In this document: positions 37,226 through 50,079 of the stretch, one piece after another
Layout of the letters: the number at the start of each line of letters is the position of its first letter
Position numbering within the stretch: the first letter of the stretch is position 1
NCBI RefSeq assembly: GCF_001194135.2
Contig: NC_068991.1
Coordinates: 18,255,332-18,311,995, forward strand
Reading direction: 5' to 3'
Source: Octopus bimaculoides
Lineage: Eukaryota
DNA length: 56,664 nt
The notes under the pieces: generated by a model
Told to the model about the DNA's origin: nothing
The model's input: the letters and a program-made list of their open reading frames with translations, nothing else
Database searches by the model: none
Position numbers and translations under genes: made by a program

Positions 37226-37708
37226 ACTTGTTTCAGTCATTGGACTACAGCCTTGGTGGGACACCACCTTAGAAGGTTTAGTCAAACAAATCTTTCCCAG
37301 TATGTTTTTTTTTTTTAAGTTTGGTATTTATTGTCATTATCTCATTATCGTTTGCTGAGCTGCTAAGTAATTGGGATGTAAACAAATCAACACTGTTGTC
37401 AGGCTGTGAGTGGGGCAGTGGGGACAAAGTTTCTCACATATATATGTAATAGGGTTTGGCATGACTGTAGTTAGAGGTTTGCTTCCCAATCACATGGTTC
37501 AGGGCTTAGTCCCACTGCGTGACTAAGTGGAATTGTTAAAATATGTACCAATTGATCCTTGGTGTCGATGAATCATTCTCCAAAATTTCAGGCCTTATTT
37601 TGTACTCAAAACAAGCTTTTACTTGTTTTCTCTCTCCTCTCTTTAAAAGAAAAAAATTTTTTTTATTACTTCTGAAATTGAAATGTGATTAATTTTTTTT
37701 CTTTCTAG

Positions 37709-37768
37709 GCTGACCATGATTTGAATGAATTGAAAATGTTGATTGAAGATAGCTGTCAGACAACTTTG
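37709..37768 (+). CDS. WDR26: WDR26 exon 3 (ADHDLNELKMLIEDSCQTTL)
   Basis: tttctag|GCT...TTG|gtaatg; 60 nt, phase 0/0; resembles human AENDLNELK. Confidence 0.88.
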
Positions 37769-38355
37769 GTAATGTTTAAAGGAAAAACATTTCTGAATTT
37801 CTTTCTATTTTGTATCTTTTAATTTGCATTTTGATTAACAGTATAGCTGGTAGTTTTTTAAATTTTTTTAATATTAAATGCAATAGTATGTAGGAACAGG
37901 TATGGTTAAAAATTTTGCTTCCCAACCATGTAATTTTGGGTACAGTCCTATTGCAGAGCACCATGGGCAATGTCTTCTACTATAACCTTTGGCCCACCAA
38001 AGCCTTGAGAGTGAATTTGGTGAGTGTTTGCATGAATGTGCACATGTGCATGTATTTATGTGTATGTTTGTGAGAGTTAGTTTTTAAATTCCTAATCTAC
38101 ATGTGCTCATTTGCTGAGTGTAAAGGAAAGGCTTGTTCATATGGTGTTTTGTTGTTTGTTTCCAGTTCTCCATGTAAATACATGTGGCTTGTTTGTTGTT
38201 CAGTGGTTGGTGAAAGGAAAGGCATCTAGCCATAAAAAAAAAACCTCTGCCCCAACATACCCTTGTCAGACCCATGCAAGCATGGAAAAGTAGACATTAA
38301 AATAATGACGATAATATTGATGCATTTAAGACTACATTGTTCAATGTGTTTTTAA

Positions 38356-38571
38356 CCCTTTAGCATTCAGTTTACTCTGTCAAATATGATGCTTATTTAG
38401 TCACATTGTTTTGAATGAATCATGCATTATCTCATAGCTTCAAGATTTTGAGGATGTGACTATTTTTAGAATGACAATGTAAGGTAGGTGTGAGAGACTG
38501 GATCTGGCTGGTTTGAACAAAAATCAGGTAGAGTATATGGGCTGGATATGGCCAGTTTAAATGCTCAAGGG
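38356..38571. mobile_element. piggyBac-like MITE, second copy
   Basis: TTAA|CCCTTTAGCATT...AAATGCTCAAGGG; internal sequence similar to 52708-52923. Confidence 0.65.
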
Positions 38572-38879
38572 ACTCAGATATTAGAATGTGATTTCAGGAA
38601 GATTTGGTTGCTATTTCTAGGTGGTTGATCAACAGAATGGATGTTCTCTTGTTGGCTCAAATGGCTCCATCCTTGGGGTGTTTGTTTTGCCCTTTCTTTC
38701 AAACTACTAACCCAAGTATACCAATCTTACTCAAACGGCACCTTTTATGTACAACCAGTGCTATCCTTTTTCTCTTTTTCACCCACTACTTTTCTTTATG
38801 ATTATTTTTGAAATTTTTAAAAGAAACAAAAAAGGTTTTATTGATAACACTTGTTAATGAAGCATCTATTTCATTTCAG

Positions 38880-39016
38880 AAGATGAAATTTCTTATTCTT
38901 GAACAGAAGTATCTTGAGTTCTTAGAAGAAGGCAAGAACTTGGATGCATTACAGTGTTTACGACATGAATTAACGCCGTTAAAATTTAATACTGAACGTG
39001 TGCATGAACTTAGTAC
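38880..39016 (+). CDS. WDR26: WDR26 exon 4 ([19 protein letters not shown]...HELS; CTLH region)
   Basis: tttcag|AAG...AC|gtaagt; 137 nt, phase 0/2. Confidence 0.96.
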
Positions 39017-39748
39017 GTAAGTAAACAATTTTTTATGTTTTATTTTTTTCTTCTTATGTTTGTTTGTTTCAGACAGGTAACTTTGAATGCAGGCTTTTTG
39101 TTCCTGTATAAGTGTAAACCAAAAAAGTATGCAGTATGTTTGTAAGTTGATTCAATCTCTCTTTCTCTCTCTCTATCTATCTCTGGATTTAACACTATTA
39201 CCTACACTTTGGGTGCCTTTTAGTGAAATTCTCTTTGTTCTAGGCTTCCATCTAAGAAGTTCCTCCTCCTACCAGTCTTTGACGACTATGCAAAAGGTCA
39301 TGACCTGACCTATTCTCTTCTGATTTCCCCTCTGTATACTAACCTGCCTGAGACAGCCTCTAGTTCTCTAATACATCCAGTTTTGAAACAATCTAAAAAT
39401 CTTGCATCAAAATTTCATGTTAATTCAAATTCCAAATACCAGCTTAATAATGATTGATATTTGGCTAAATTCTTCATTATTCTAAATATAAATTGAAACA
39501 AAAGCAGTGAATTTCAGTGGAAATATAACAAAAGGGTTAAACTGTCAAAAAAATATTGTAAATAATTATTGGCCATACCTTAACCACCTTGTGGAAAATG
39601 GACATAAAGCGGTTAAGTATCCTTGCTAAATAGATGTGAATCCACTCTTGTTAGAATTGCTCCAAGTTGCATTAGCTGAATCTTTATAAACTATTTTATT
39701 ATCTGCTTGATAAGGCAGTGGGGTTAATTGAACATGTTTGTGTGTGTG

Positions 39749-39804
<56 letters not shown>

Positions 39805-40262
39805 GAAGAGGGTTTGGGAGAAGGAGCAGGTCACTAAAAACAATTATTTTTATGAGATACAAAAAGAATACTATAACTTAAAATGTTAACCCCTCCCCCT
39901 GTTAACAACTGCTCACACCATTTAGTCAAGGAGGCTTTTCCTCTACCTTCCCCCAACTTTATTTTTCTTTTTATTCTTTTTCTTGCTTTGCAAATTTCTT
40001 GTTTATATTTTGTGACGTCTGGTACCCATATATGTATACATGTATATGTATGTATATATGCATATATATTCATGTTATAATGGTGGCAGCTGATGAAGGA
40101 AATTTTCTCTATGTGGCCTGTGTGTTTTCTGTACCTTGTTTATCATTTTGTCCATGTTTTTTTTTTGCAACGTCATGTACCCAGATATGCATCTATATAT
40201 ATACAGGTAGATGAAGGTATGTACATACATGTACATATATATGCATATACTCATATATTATT

Positions 40263-40308
<46 letters not shown>

Positions 40309-40596
40309 CACACACACTTGTACATGTCCAGAGGTATGAGATAAAGAGTACTCAATGCATGTTGAGTTTATTTATTTTGAAGAAGCTGATTAGTTTCTTG
40401 CTGTGTTTCACTGGTCAGTCAACAAAAATGGTAAATCTGGAAGAGATTAGCATTTAAGTTTAAGAAATTGTGTACGATGCTTATTGAAACCTGTTAATGC
40501 TTTGCTCTGCTCAACGTTTTACCTTTTTAAGGTTTTATATAAGAGTGAAGTGTACTGAATACAAAGGCATGCATGTGTCATGATTGTCTTTGTTGG

Positions 40597-40639
<43 letters not shown>

Positions 40640-40695
40640 GTGATATGCTAGAACCCGTCATCTATATGATATGTATTTTTTACTTTGTTGTCTAG

Positions 40696-40793
40696 GTATA
40701 TGATGTGTAATAATCCACAAGATTTAAGAGAAACATCCGATTGGGAAGGGAAAGGGATTGTTTCCAGACAAAAACTTATTGAAAAATTACAAT
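40696..40793 (+). CDS. WDR26: WDR26 exon 5 (YMMCNNPQDLRETSDWEGKG...KLQ)
   Basis: tctag|G...T|gtgagt; 98 nt, phase 2/1. Confidence 0.95.
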
Positions 40794-41710
40794 GTGAGTA
40801 GTCATTTTTTTTCATACGTTTTTAAAATGCTCTTTTAAAAACTGTGTTTACTTTCTTTTTAATCAGTGTTACAATGTTTTCAGACCTTATGTAGCAGGTA
40901 AAAATACTTAAATGTGATTCCTTAATCAAACCATATCTTAGAACAAAAAAAAAAAAAAAAGAAAATCTTTTTAAATTACATATTGCAAGCAAGCCAGGTC
41001 ACCACCATTGACTGGTTGCTGGTTAACCAACACCTTATAAATCTGTCTTTTGTCATTATTGTCACCTTCAGCTTTTAGAAAATATTTTTGCATAATAAAA
41101 CTAATCCCGCATAGGTGTACTACACCTATTTACATTCAAATTTCTGATAAACGTCTAAGTTGTACGATTTATTTCCCTTTGAAACTACAAAAAAATGCTA
41201 AAATCCAAAATAAGCTATCTTGTGCTTGAAGTTGCTCAATTTAAACACCTTTGCAAATAAACACCTCTCATGAATAGTCATAGGGTGTTTATAGCATGGC
41301 ATTGATCTTTACATTTGTTGCGTTGAATATCATTTTCACTTCTACTGATATCAGAAATGTTAATCTATGTTGTCTGTAACAACTTCCAATATTTTGAATG
41401 AGAAAAAATAGCCGAGCAAAAACAAAAAGAAAACTTTAGGTGCAACTCAGGAACTAATTAGTTTCAGTCGTATTGTGTGTCATTTTTGAAAAACAATTGT
41501 GTGACAAAAAGAAATCATTCAAATTAGCCATTATATAACAAAATTGCATACCAAATGTTACTGTTAATTGTAAATTGTACATCTATAGTGCAAGAACTAA
41601 CTAGGGTTGTAATATCAACATAAATTCATTATTTATTAATTGTATCTCTGACTGAAATTATCAGAATACACAGACACACACACTTACACAGTCACACATA
41701 ATTGTATATA

Positions 41711-41941
41711 CGACCATTTCGAGCGTGGCTGTTGCCAGTACCTCCTGACTGGCCTTCGTGCCAGTGGCATGTAAAAGCACCCACTACACTCGGAGTGGTT
41801 GGCGTTAGGAAGGGCATCCAGCTATAGAAACTCTGCCAAATCAGATTGGAGCCTGGTGTAGCTATCTGGTTTCACCAGTCCTCAGTCAAATCGTCCAACC
41901 CATGCTAGCATGGAAGACGGACGTTAAACGATGATGATGAC
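41711..41941 (+). mobile_element. Family C retroposon 3' end with (GAT)n tail
   Basis: GGCGTTAGGAAGGGCATCCAGC...CCAACCCATGCTAGCATGG..CGTTAAACGATGATGAT; further copies at 1381-1533 (+) and 50981-51165 (-). Confidence 0.85.
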
Positions 41942-42143
41942 AATTATTTCCAATACACACACACACATATCTGCTTTCCTTGATGTCTTTGACGTTGTGT
42001 GGATATATTACATAATTGTTTCAAAAGAATTGTATTAGTTAATTATTTCTTCAATATTCACTGTTTGTACATGCACATATGTATGTATGTATGTTAGCAC
42101 ATATATTCTGATATTTATTCTGGCAATTTGTTCATTTTACTAG

Positions 42144-42300
42144 CTTTTCTTCCACCCACTGTGATGCTACCCCCTCGTCGATTACAGACTTTACTTAGCC
42201 AGGCTGTAGAACTTCAAACAGATCAATGTTTGTACCACAATACCAAACTTGACAACAATCTTGATGCAGTCTCTCTCCTCATAGACCACACTTGTAATAG
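42144..42300 (+). CDS. WDR26: WDR26 exon 6 ([17 protein letters not shown]...DHTCN)
   Basis: tactag|CT...AG|gttggt; 157 nt, phase 1/2. Confidence 0.96.
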
Positions 42301-43016
42301 GTTGGTACATTTAACTGGACTTCATTTTGTTTCATTTTCTTAAACATTTCTTTGTTAATAATGCCTGTTGTTTGATATTTACATTGAATGCTTATACATA
42401 AAGGTGCACATGTATGAAGACGCATACACACACACACAAACTCACACTGGTGGGAGTGTGTGACTATATGAATGGCCCTATCATGAAATTCAATTGATTA
42501 TTTTCATTGATTGCTTTTTTTTTTTTTTTTTATTCATTTCAAATTTTCAAGTTCAATTTCCATTAATATTTATTTATTTAAAATGAAAATTCATTCCAAT
42601 TTCATTTCATTAAAAATCATTTGAATTTTCATGAATATGAAATATGAATCCGAAATACCAAACATTACCTCCCACTGCCATGCACATGACAAGAAAAAGC
42701 AAAACAAACTCCCACAAAGAAATCCTGGAAGTAAAAATCTAAACTAAAAGAAAGGAAATCAACTCCCCTGCTCAGAAGTTATTCTCCCACCTCCCTCTTC
42801 TTTGTCCTCCTGTCAAACCTTGAATTACACTTTTCATCAATAACAGTAATAGGAGTCTTGGTGATATTGATTTTTGATTGTTTTTCTTAGAAGCATTAGT
42901 CATGGTGTCTATCCCAGTTACATTTCAGTGACTAATGCCTTTTCTGCATTCATGAATACCTGCAAGTGTGTGTGAGGTTTAGGCATGTGTCTGTATGTAT
43001 GTATGTATGTAATGTA

Positions 43017-43059
<43 letters not shown>

Positions 43060-43198
43060 TTAAGGGATCAGCAAAATATTTGCTTCACCATATACCGAAG
43101 TTCAGAAAAATAGCAGCTAAAAAAGCTGAGAATCTCACAGATAGCATCACTTGTAACTCACAAAGGCAAAAACAAGAAGAAAGAACAATGAAAAACTG

Positions 43199-43502
43199 AA
43201 GGTGTGTGGTTTAGTAGTTAGGGTAGTTGGTTCATGATTGTAAGGTCGTGAGTTCAATTCCCGGCGACGCATTGTGTCCTTGAGTGAGACCTTATTTCAC
43301 GTCGTTCCAGTCCACTCAGCTGGCAAAAATGAGTAGTGCCTGTAATTAAGAGAGGGCCAACCTTGTTGCACTCTGTGATGCCGAGAACTACTTTAAGAGT
43401 ACATGTGTCTGTGGAGTATTCAGCCACTTGCATGTTAATTTAACAAGCAGGCTGTTCCGTTGATCAGATCAACTGGAACCCTTGTAATCGATGGAGTGCC
43501 AG

Positions 43503-43503
<1 letters not shown>
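43199..43503 (+). mobile_element. Diverged family A-related tRNA SINE
   Basis: A/B-box head (GAGTTCAATTCC) and shared tail ..CAACTGGAACCC..GGAGTGCC. Confidence 0.75.
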
Positions 43504-43538
<35 letters not shown>

Positions 43539-44682
43539 GTATATGTATATATGTATGTTTATTTGAACTGGCAGGCATTCCTTATGGTCTAGAAATGTTG
43601 CATTTATGAAAATCTTGTAATGCTAAGCCTATTTTTCCCATTGACATCTATGTTAGGAAATTATTTTACTTTATGGAATCTAGTGTTTGGACAAAAGTTT
43701 TATGAATCCAACTTTCCATAATGCGGGGATGTATTTTTCTCTCTCTCACTCTATATGTTATATTCACTTGTTTATCTATGAATCCTAATGTTTTGTCTAA
43801 GATTGTTTGTTTAATTAATGATTAATTCTTAAACATTTCTAGATGTTAATATGAGTATTTGTGTGTGTATCCATGTCTATACTTGGGTATGTCTATTTTA
43901 TGGTAGCTGTCAGCTATGTGAATTTGTGAATGCATCCTTGTCTCTGTTCTTATGAGTGGTTGCCCTACCTGCTAGAAATAGCAGCAAAATCTCCCTTGCA
44001 CTGCACCTCTTTGTCTTGAAAAGAAACAGCACACATTGAATAATGTAGTCAGTTTGCCCTATGTCTGACTGAAAGACCGGATGTTCATGGTTAGAAATCC
44101 TAGATCATAGATTTATCAATTCAGGACCAAGTTGGGACTGAAAATCCTCACCTGATCAGGGTATTAGATTAACAGTTCACAGATCTTTTGCCTCTATTCA
44201 GATTTCTAGAATGTATTTTGTTATAGGTATTGACTTGGCTGTGTGATTAAGCAACTTGTTTCTCAACTAGGTGGTCTTAGGTTCAGTTCCTCTGAATAGC
44301 ACCTTGTGCAAAGCCTCCTAGTATGACTCTGGGCCAACCAAAGCTTTGTGAGTGAATTTGGCATACAGAAACTGAAAGAAGCTCATTGTGTGTTTGTATA
44401 AACCCTTGTCTAAATATTGTGTGATGGCTGTAAACGAGCATCGGTGTTATAAAAGCAAAGTTGTTTGTTTCCAGTCTTCTGTGAAAAATGTGCAACTATG
44501 GAAAAACATTACCTTGCTTGGAAACAGATGACTGTTGGCAACAGGCTTCCAGCTGTAGAAAATCTGCTTCAAGTAATTGTCTGACCCATACAAGTATGGA
44601 AAGTGTGCATTAAATGATGATGATGATATGTATTTGGGCAGTACACTTAATTCTGCATGCAAAATAGAGAAAATTTCACCTA

Positions 44683-45048
44683 CTCTTTTACTTGTTTCAG
44701 TCATTTGACTGTGGCCATGTTGGAGCACTGCCTTTAGTCAAGCAAATCGACCCCCAGGACTTATTCTTTGTAAGCCTAGTACTTATTCTATCATTTTCTT
44801 TTGCCGAACCGCTAAGTTACGGGGACGTAAACACACCAGCATCGGTTGTCAAGCGATGTTGCGGGGACAAACACTGACAAACATATACACGCACATACAT
44901 ATATACGATGGGCTTTCAGTTTCCATCTACCAAATCCACTCAGAAGGCTTTGGTCAGCCTGAGGCTATAGAAGACACTTGCTCAAGGTGCCACGTGGAAC
45001 CATGTGGTTGGTAAGCAAGCTACTTACCACACAGCCGCTCCTACACCT
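44683..45048 (-). mobile_element. Family B SINE
   Basis: High similarity to 25751-26143. Confidence 0.88.
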
Positions 45049-45116
45049 AATTCATATAATTCTTTTTGTTTCTTTCATTATATATGTATTTTATTTATCT
45101 TATTTTTTATTTATAG

Positions 45117-45255
45117 GGATCAGTTTCCTTGTAATACTATTCAAATATTGAATGACCATTGTGATGAAGTATGGTTTTGTCGATTTTCTCCGGACGGCAC
45201 AAAATTAGCTACAGGTTCCAAGGATGGTACTCTCATTATCTGGGATGTTGATATG
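45117..45255 (+). CDS. WDR26: WDR26 exon 7 ([46 protein letters not shown]; first WD40)
   Basis: ttatag|G...ATG|gtaagt; 139 nt, phase 2/0. Confidence 0.97.
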
Positions 45256-45973
45256 GTAAGTTACAGCATTTTTGTATATCAATACAGAAGTCATGACATC
45301 CTGGTGGATAATGGTAACTGAAATGGCTGACTGGTTATATAATTGAAACATTGACTTATTGATCAGAGGTTTAAATCCACTTTGGTAGAATGCTTTATTT
45401 TGCAATACTTCTATTGTCTTCTGATCTGTTGGGAATAAATACCACATTTTAATGAATATTACCAGTGGTCTTTTTAACCTTTTTGATACCAACCTACCTG
45501 GCACCATCCATGCTACCGTGGTACCAGGCATTTACGTATAATGCTACAGTGGTAACTTCATTTACAATAACCATAAATTAACATTATTGTTATAGAAATG
45601 GTCATTCACATTATGTACAATACAAGTGACTCTGTATTCTCTCTGTCCTTTAACTCTTAATGTCGTCACTATGATGACGGCTACTATTTGGTTAGTCAGC
45701 ACACTTTTATTATCTCCCCTTTCTTCGAAATAACTAATGTAACACTCCCTTTTTTTATATATATATACTAACTCAAGGAGAATTTAATCGCTTGATTCTA
45801 AATTGGTCTACTGAATTTTCTCGTTGTTTCCTCCAAAATACAACTGTTTAATGTTTATGTGACTTGTTCTTCAATAGGAGTCATACTTATATTTGTATGA
45901 TGTAAATATTAATCAACTTTGTATACTTTGCATCATTGAGTGTATTCATCTTGTAAAATTTTGTACTATGTTG

Positions 45974-46005
<32 letters not shown>

Positions 46006-46255
46006 NNNNNNNNNNNNNNNNNNNNNNNNNNNNNNNNNNNNNNNNNNNNNNNNNNNNNNNNNNNNNNNNNNNNNNNNNNNNNNTTAACAAGAGTGTGTTT
46101 TTTCTGGTGTTATATTTATCTTTTCCTGAAGATGTGTAAAGGAATTTTGATTTATTAAGTCTCTTAATAAATTTTTTCTTTATACAGAAATATATATTGA
46201 AGATAAATATGTTCATTTAATATATATGTTTTTGCATCATAACTCCTTCTTATTA

Positions 46256-46291
<36 letters not shown>

Positions 46292-46499
46292 AAATAGATA
46301 AAGCTAAAAATAATAGTATGTAGAAATGATTTATTTCTTATCTCAAATTTTCTAAATTCTTATAATGTAAACAGTACATGCATGCATACATATTTTATGC
46401 ACACTTACACACATGTGCATACATACATGAACACCCATTTTAAATTTCGTCTTTCTCTAATTTGCTTATATTTTTTTTTTTTTTAATATTTTTAAACAG

Positions 46500-46640
46500 T
46501 ATACGTTTGAAGTATTGATGCGTAGAGCATATGAAGGTCACTCCTATGGTGTATCATATATAGCATGGCATCCAGATAGTAAATACATCATTGCTTGTGG
46601 TCCAGACGACTGTGCTGAAGTTTGGTTATGGAATGTTGAG
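46500..46640 (+). CDS. WDR26: WDR26 exon 8 (YTFEV...[15 protein letters not shown]...WLWNVE; WD40)
   Basis: aaacag|TAT...GAG|gtgagg; 141 nt, phase 0/0. Confidence 0.96.
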
Positions 46641-46689
46641 GTGAGGTGGTTTTACTGGTGTGTTGAATGTATTGAAATGTAGATTAGTC

Positions 46690-46982
46690 CTGGGGTTTTC
46701 AAACTTTTTGGCTTGCGGACCCCTTTATATTTCAGGCTTTACCTTAGGGACCCCCTTATAAACGCTTATGAAATTTATACATATTTGCTTAAAATATCAT
46801 ATATTTTTACATTTATTTATTTAACAGTATTTAACAAATAGGTTTATTGTCAATTAAAAGATTTCGATTAAAAAACATATATAAAATCAAATTGCCCATA
46901 AAAAGCATTTGCTGTCTACGGACCCCCTGTCTTGTCCTTGTGGACCCCCTGTGGTCCGCGGACCACAGTTTGAAAACCCCTG
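46690..46982. mobile_element. hAT (Charlie/Buster-type) MITE, 293 bp
   Basis: TIRs CTGGGGTTTTCAAACT / AGTTTGAAAACCCCTG (1 mismatch); perfect 8-bp TSD GATTAGTC at 46682-46689 and 46983-46990. Confidence 0.9.
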
Positions 46983-47356
46983 GATTAGTCAATGTTGTTG
47001 CTATTGTTGTTGATTAGTCTCTGGTTATTTTTGACTGGATTTAATTGACAAGAACACTTTTTGTTTTTGTGATCACTTTTTTTTTTTAAGAAGGCAGGGT
47101 GATTTGAGTGAAATTTGGCCAATATTTGTAGCAAATTGAGTAACCACATAGACTTGCTTGACTTGTGGATAAATTAGCATTGAGCTTGTTATTTGTAGGC
47201 ATTTGGAAATAGAAAATGATGAAGTTTATTAAGTGGAGAACCATGTAAACCACCACAATGTAAGATAAAGGGGAAACTTTATTCAGTATTTCTAGCTTAT
47301 TAACTTCTAATTGTGACAGTGGGGTGGAAATTGTTTTTCAGTGTTCTTTTATCATT

Positions 47357-47722
47357 TGCTTGTTTCAATCATTAGTCTGCAGCCATGCTAAGGCATCATC
47401 TTGAAGAATTCTTAGCTGAATTAATTAACCCCAGTACTTATTTTTTGTTAAGCCATCGATCCGTTTCGGTGAACTGCTATGTTATGGGGATGTAAACGCA
47501 CGAGTTGTCAAGTGGTCATGCAGGAGAAACACATACATGTATGGACACACACAAATATATATGATGGGCTTTTTTCAGTTTCCGTCTACCAAATCCACTC
47601 ACAAGGCTTTGGTTGGCCCAAGGCTATGGTAGAAGACATTTGCTCAAGGTGCCGTGCAGTGAGACTCAACCCGGAACCATGTGGTTGAGAAGGAAGCTTC
47701 TTGCTACTTAGCCATGCCTGCA
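47357..47722 (-). mobile_element. Family B SINE (diverged)
   Basis: CTACCAAATCCACTCACAAGGCTTTGG block and head. Confidence 0.8.
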
Positions 47723-48082
47723 CCTTGAAAATTCAAGTTTAAAATCCTTATTGTGTATGTTTGTGAGTACATATATATATATAACTGCTTCAACTTGTTC
47801 TATGTTGGAGGTGATACAAAGCTAAAAGTAACAACCTTTATCAATAATTACTCCTTTCATATTATTCCAAAAGTAAGTGATACCACAGTCATTGGTGTGG
47901 TTTCAATTTTCCCCTCTATTCACTCTCCTTAATAATTCATGCAAGTACTTGTGTCATTTGTCTTTCAGTCTTGTTATTATCCAGAACCTTACAGAGGTTT
48001 TATATAAGTTATTTCTTGATCCAGCTTTGTAACACTATCAAGATTAACATTTTCTACCCTTTTCTATTTTTGGTTTTTGTAG

Positions 48083-48202
48083 ACTAGTGAATTGAAAGCT
48101 AAAATGAGTCAATCTCCTGAAGATAGTTTAACCAGTGCTGCGTGGCATGCAGATGGCAAAGAATTTTTCACAGGAGGCACTAGAGGACAATTCTACCAAT
48201 GT
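48083..48202 (+). CDS. WDR26: WDR26 exon 9 ([21 protein letters not shown]...RGQFYQC)
   Basis: ttgtag|ACT...TGT|gtaagc; 120 nt, phase 0/0. Confidence 0.96.
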
Positions 48203-48659
48203 GTAAGCAAAGTTTTCTTCCCTCATTTTTGAAACATGTTATTGTTTTATATATATATATATTATAAATGGGAAGATACAGAGCTTTTAAGATGTGCTTA
48301 AGTCAGGATTTTTTGTCATTCAAATTCATTATAACACTGGTAATACCTCTCATGGCTATAATCTTTGATTTAATCTAACTTAGATATACACACACATTTG
48401 TAGGCCTAGACACAAATTTTTAAAGAAAATTAGCAGTTACTCATATATAGAATCCTGTCATCCCTATGCCACCAAAGTTTGTTCATGAGCAAGACCTTTG
48501 AATTGAATCAATACAGCTTGGCTACATTGTCATCCCAGGTATTGTTAAAACTCAGTGCTGGAACAGATACAGCAAATCATTCTTCAAGACCCTCTAACAT
48601 TATTCACCATTGGCATCATTGTTTAACATCCATGGATACTCTGAAAGCGTTGTCTTAGT

Positions 48660-49100
48660 ATTGGAACTGGCTAGGCAAATTTCGGAGAGCTATTACCTTT
48701 GTTGGTAACAAAGGACCTCTTCTGTAGAGTGAATGGCAAATTGTATGATGCTTGTGTATGAACAGCTATGCTACATGGTAGTGAAACATGGTCTAATGAC
48801 TGCAGAGGACATGCAAAAGCTTGAAAGAAATGAATGTGCAATATCAATGTACATGTACGACAAAGTGTAAATGTGTTAAGAGAAAAATTGGGAATAAGAG
48901 GCATCGATTATAGTGTGCAAGAAAGGAGACTGTGCTGGGATCATTTTGTGATGTAGCTGCATAAAAAAGTGCTGATCTCTAAAAGTGGAAGGTACCTGTA
49001 GAAGAGGGGGACTGAGAAAGACTTGAGATATAGTGTGAAAAATGATCTGATGTTGTGCCTCACAGAGATGACAATGAATTGAGACTTAAAGGCCATAAAG
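48660..49100 (+). pseudogene. Decayed RTE-clade LINE C-terminal fragment
   Basis: KFRELLPLLVTK..GKLYDACV.TAMLHGSETW. Confidence 0.75.
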
Positions 49101-49933
49101 GCATGCTGTTAATGTCCATGTCCCTGCACACAATTTGTCCTTAACAAGCCTCTCCTCAACAAACGATCTTCCCAACACCTTATTCTGACTTGGTTCATCA
49201 CTCGCTGTATTTTCCTCCCTTTGTATCCTTGCAAACCTTACCTGCACAAAATGTCTCTCTCTCAAATCTCTTTCTCTCAACGTATCCTAACACCCATTCC
49301 CCCTACTTGTGTCCACTCACTACAGCTATACATATGGAAACAGCTACCTGTAATCAACTTAATTTACATGTGTAAGTAGGTGACAAATATATGAATGTTC
49401 ATTTTTTGCTTTTCTACAACACCAGGACTTATCTTAGACTTGATATATGAATTTTAATTTGGCTTTACATCTGATTTTTTTCATGCCAACATGGGTTAGG
49501 CAAGTATATTTATCAAGGCATTGTTTTACAGCTGAATGTTCTTACTGTTGCTAACCCTTACCTGTTTATATGACTTAAGCGCTACAGTGTGTTCTCACTC
49601 AGTGAAGTATTACTCTGGGAAAGTGTCAAATTGTGTTTTTTTTCTTACATCATTTCAACTTCTGTGGTACACAAACTGTTTATCATGTAGGCTCCTTCTT
49701 TCACATTACAGCATATTCAATTATAAAAAGTACATAACAGGTAAAACCACATTCACAATATGCATCAACATTCGTTACATCCTCTCATGAAGTTTATCCA
49801 TGCAATAATACTAATTTTATTTCCATAAGTAGACTACCTTTATTTTTATCAAATCCAATTTCAAGCAGATTGCCATAAGGAAATTACTACAGGACTTGAA
49901 AGAGTTAAATTCCCTTGTTGTTTGATCTTGCAG

Positions 49934-50079
49934 GATCAAGATGGCAATTTTTTTGATAATTGGGAAGGTGTTCGAGTCCAGTGCCTTGCATGTCAACACG
50001 ATGGGAAAGCTGTTTTAGCTGCTGACACCCACAATAGAATAAGAGGCTACAATTTTGAAGATAAATCAGATTTTCATAT
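49934..50079 (+). CDS. WDR26: WDR26 exon 10 ([18 protein letters not shown]...[13 protein letters not shown]..)
   Basis: ttgcag|GAT...AT|gtaagt; 146 nt, phase 0/2. Confidence 0.96.

Noticed and set aside
37769-37822. Alternative downstream donor extending exon 3, as in a recalled human isoform
   Set aside because: No convincing in-frame donor before the stop codon.
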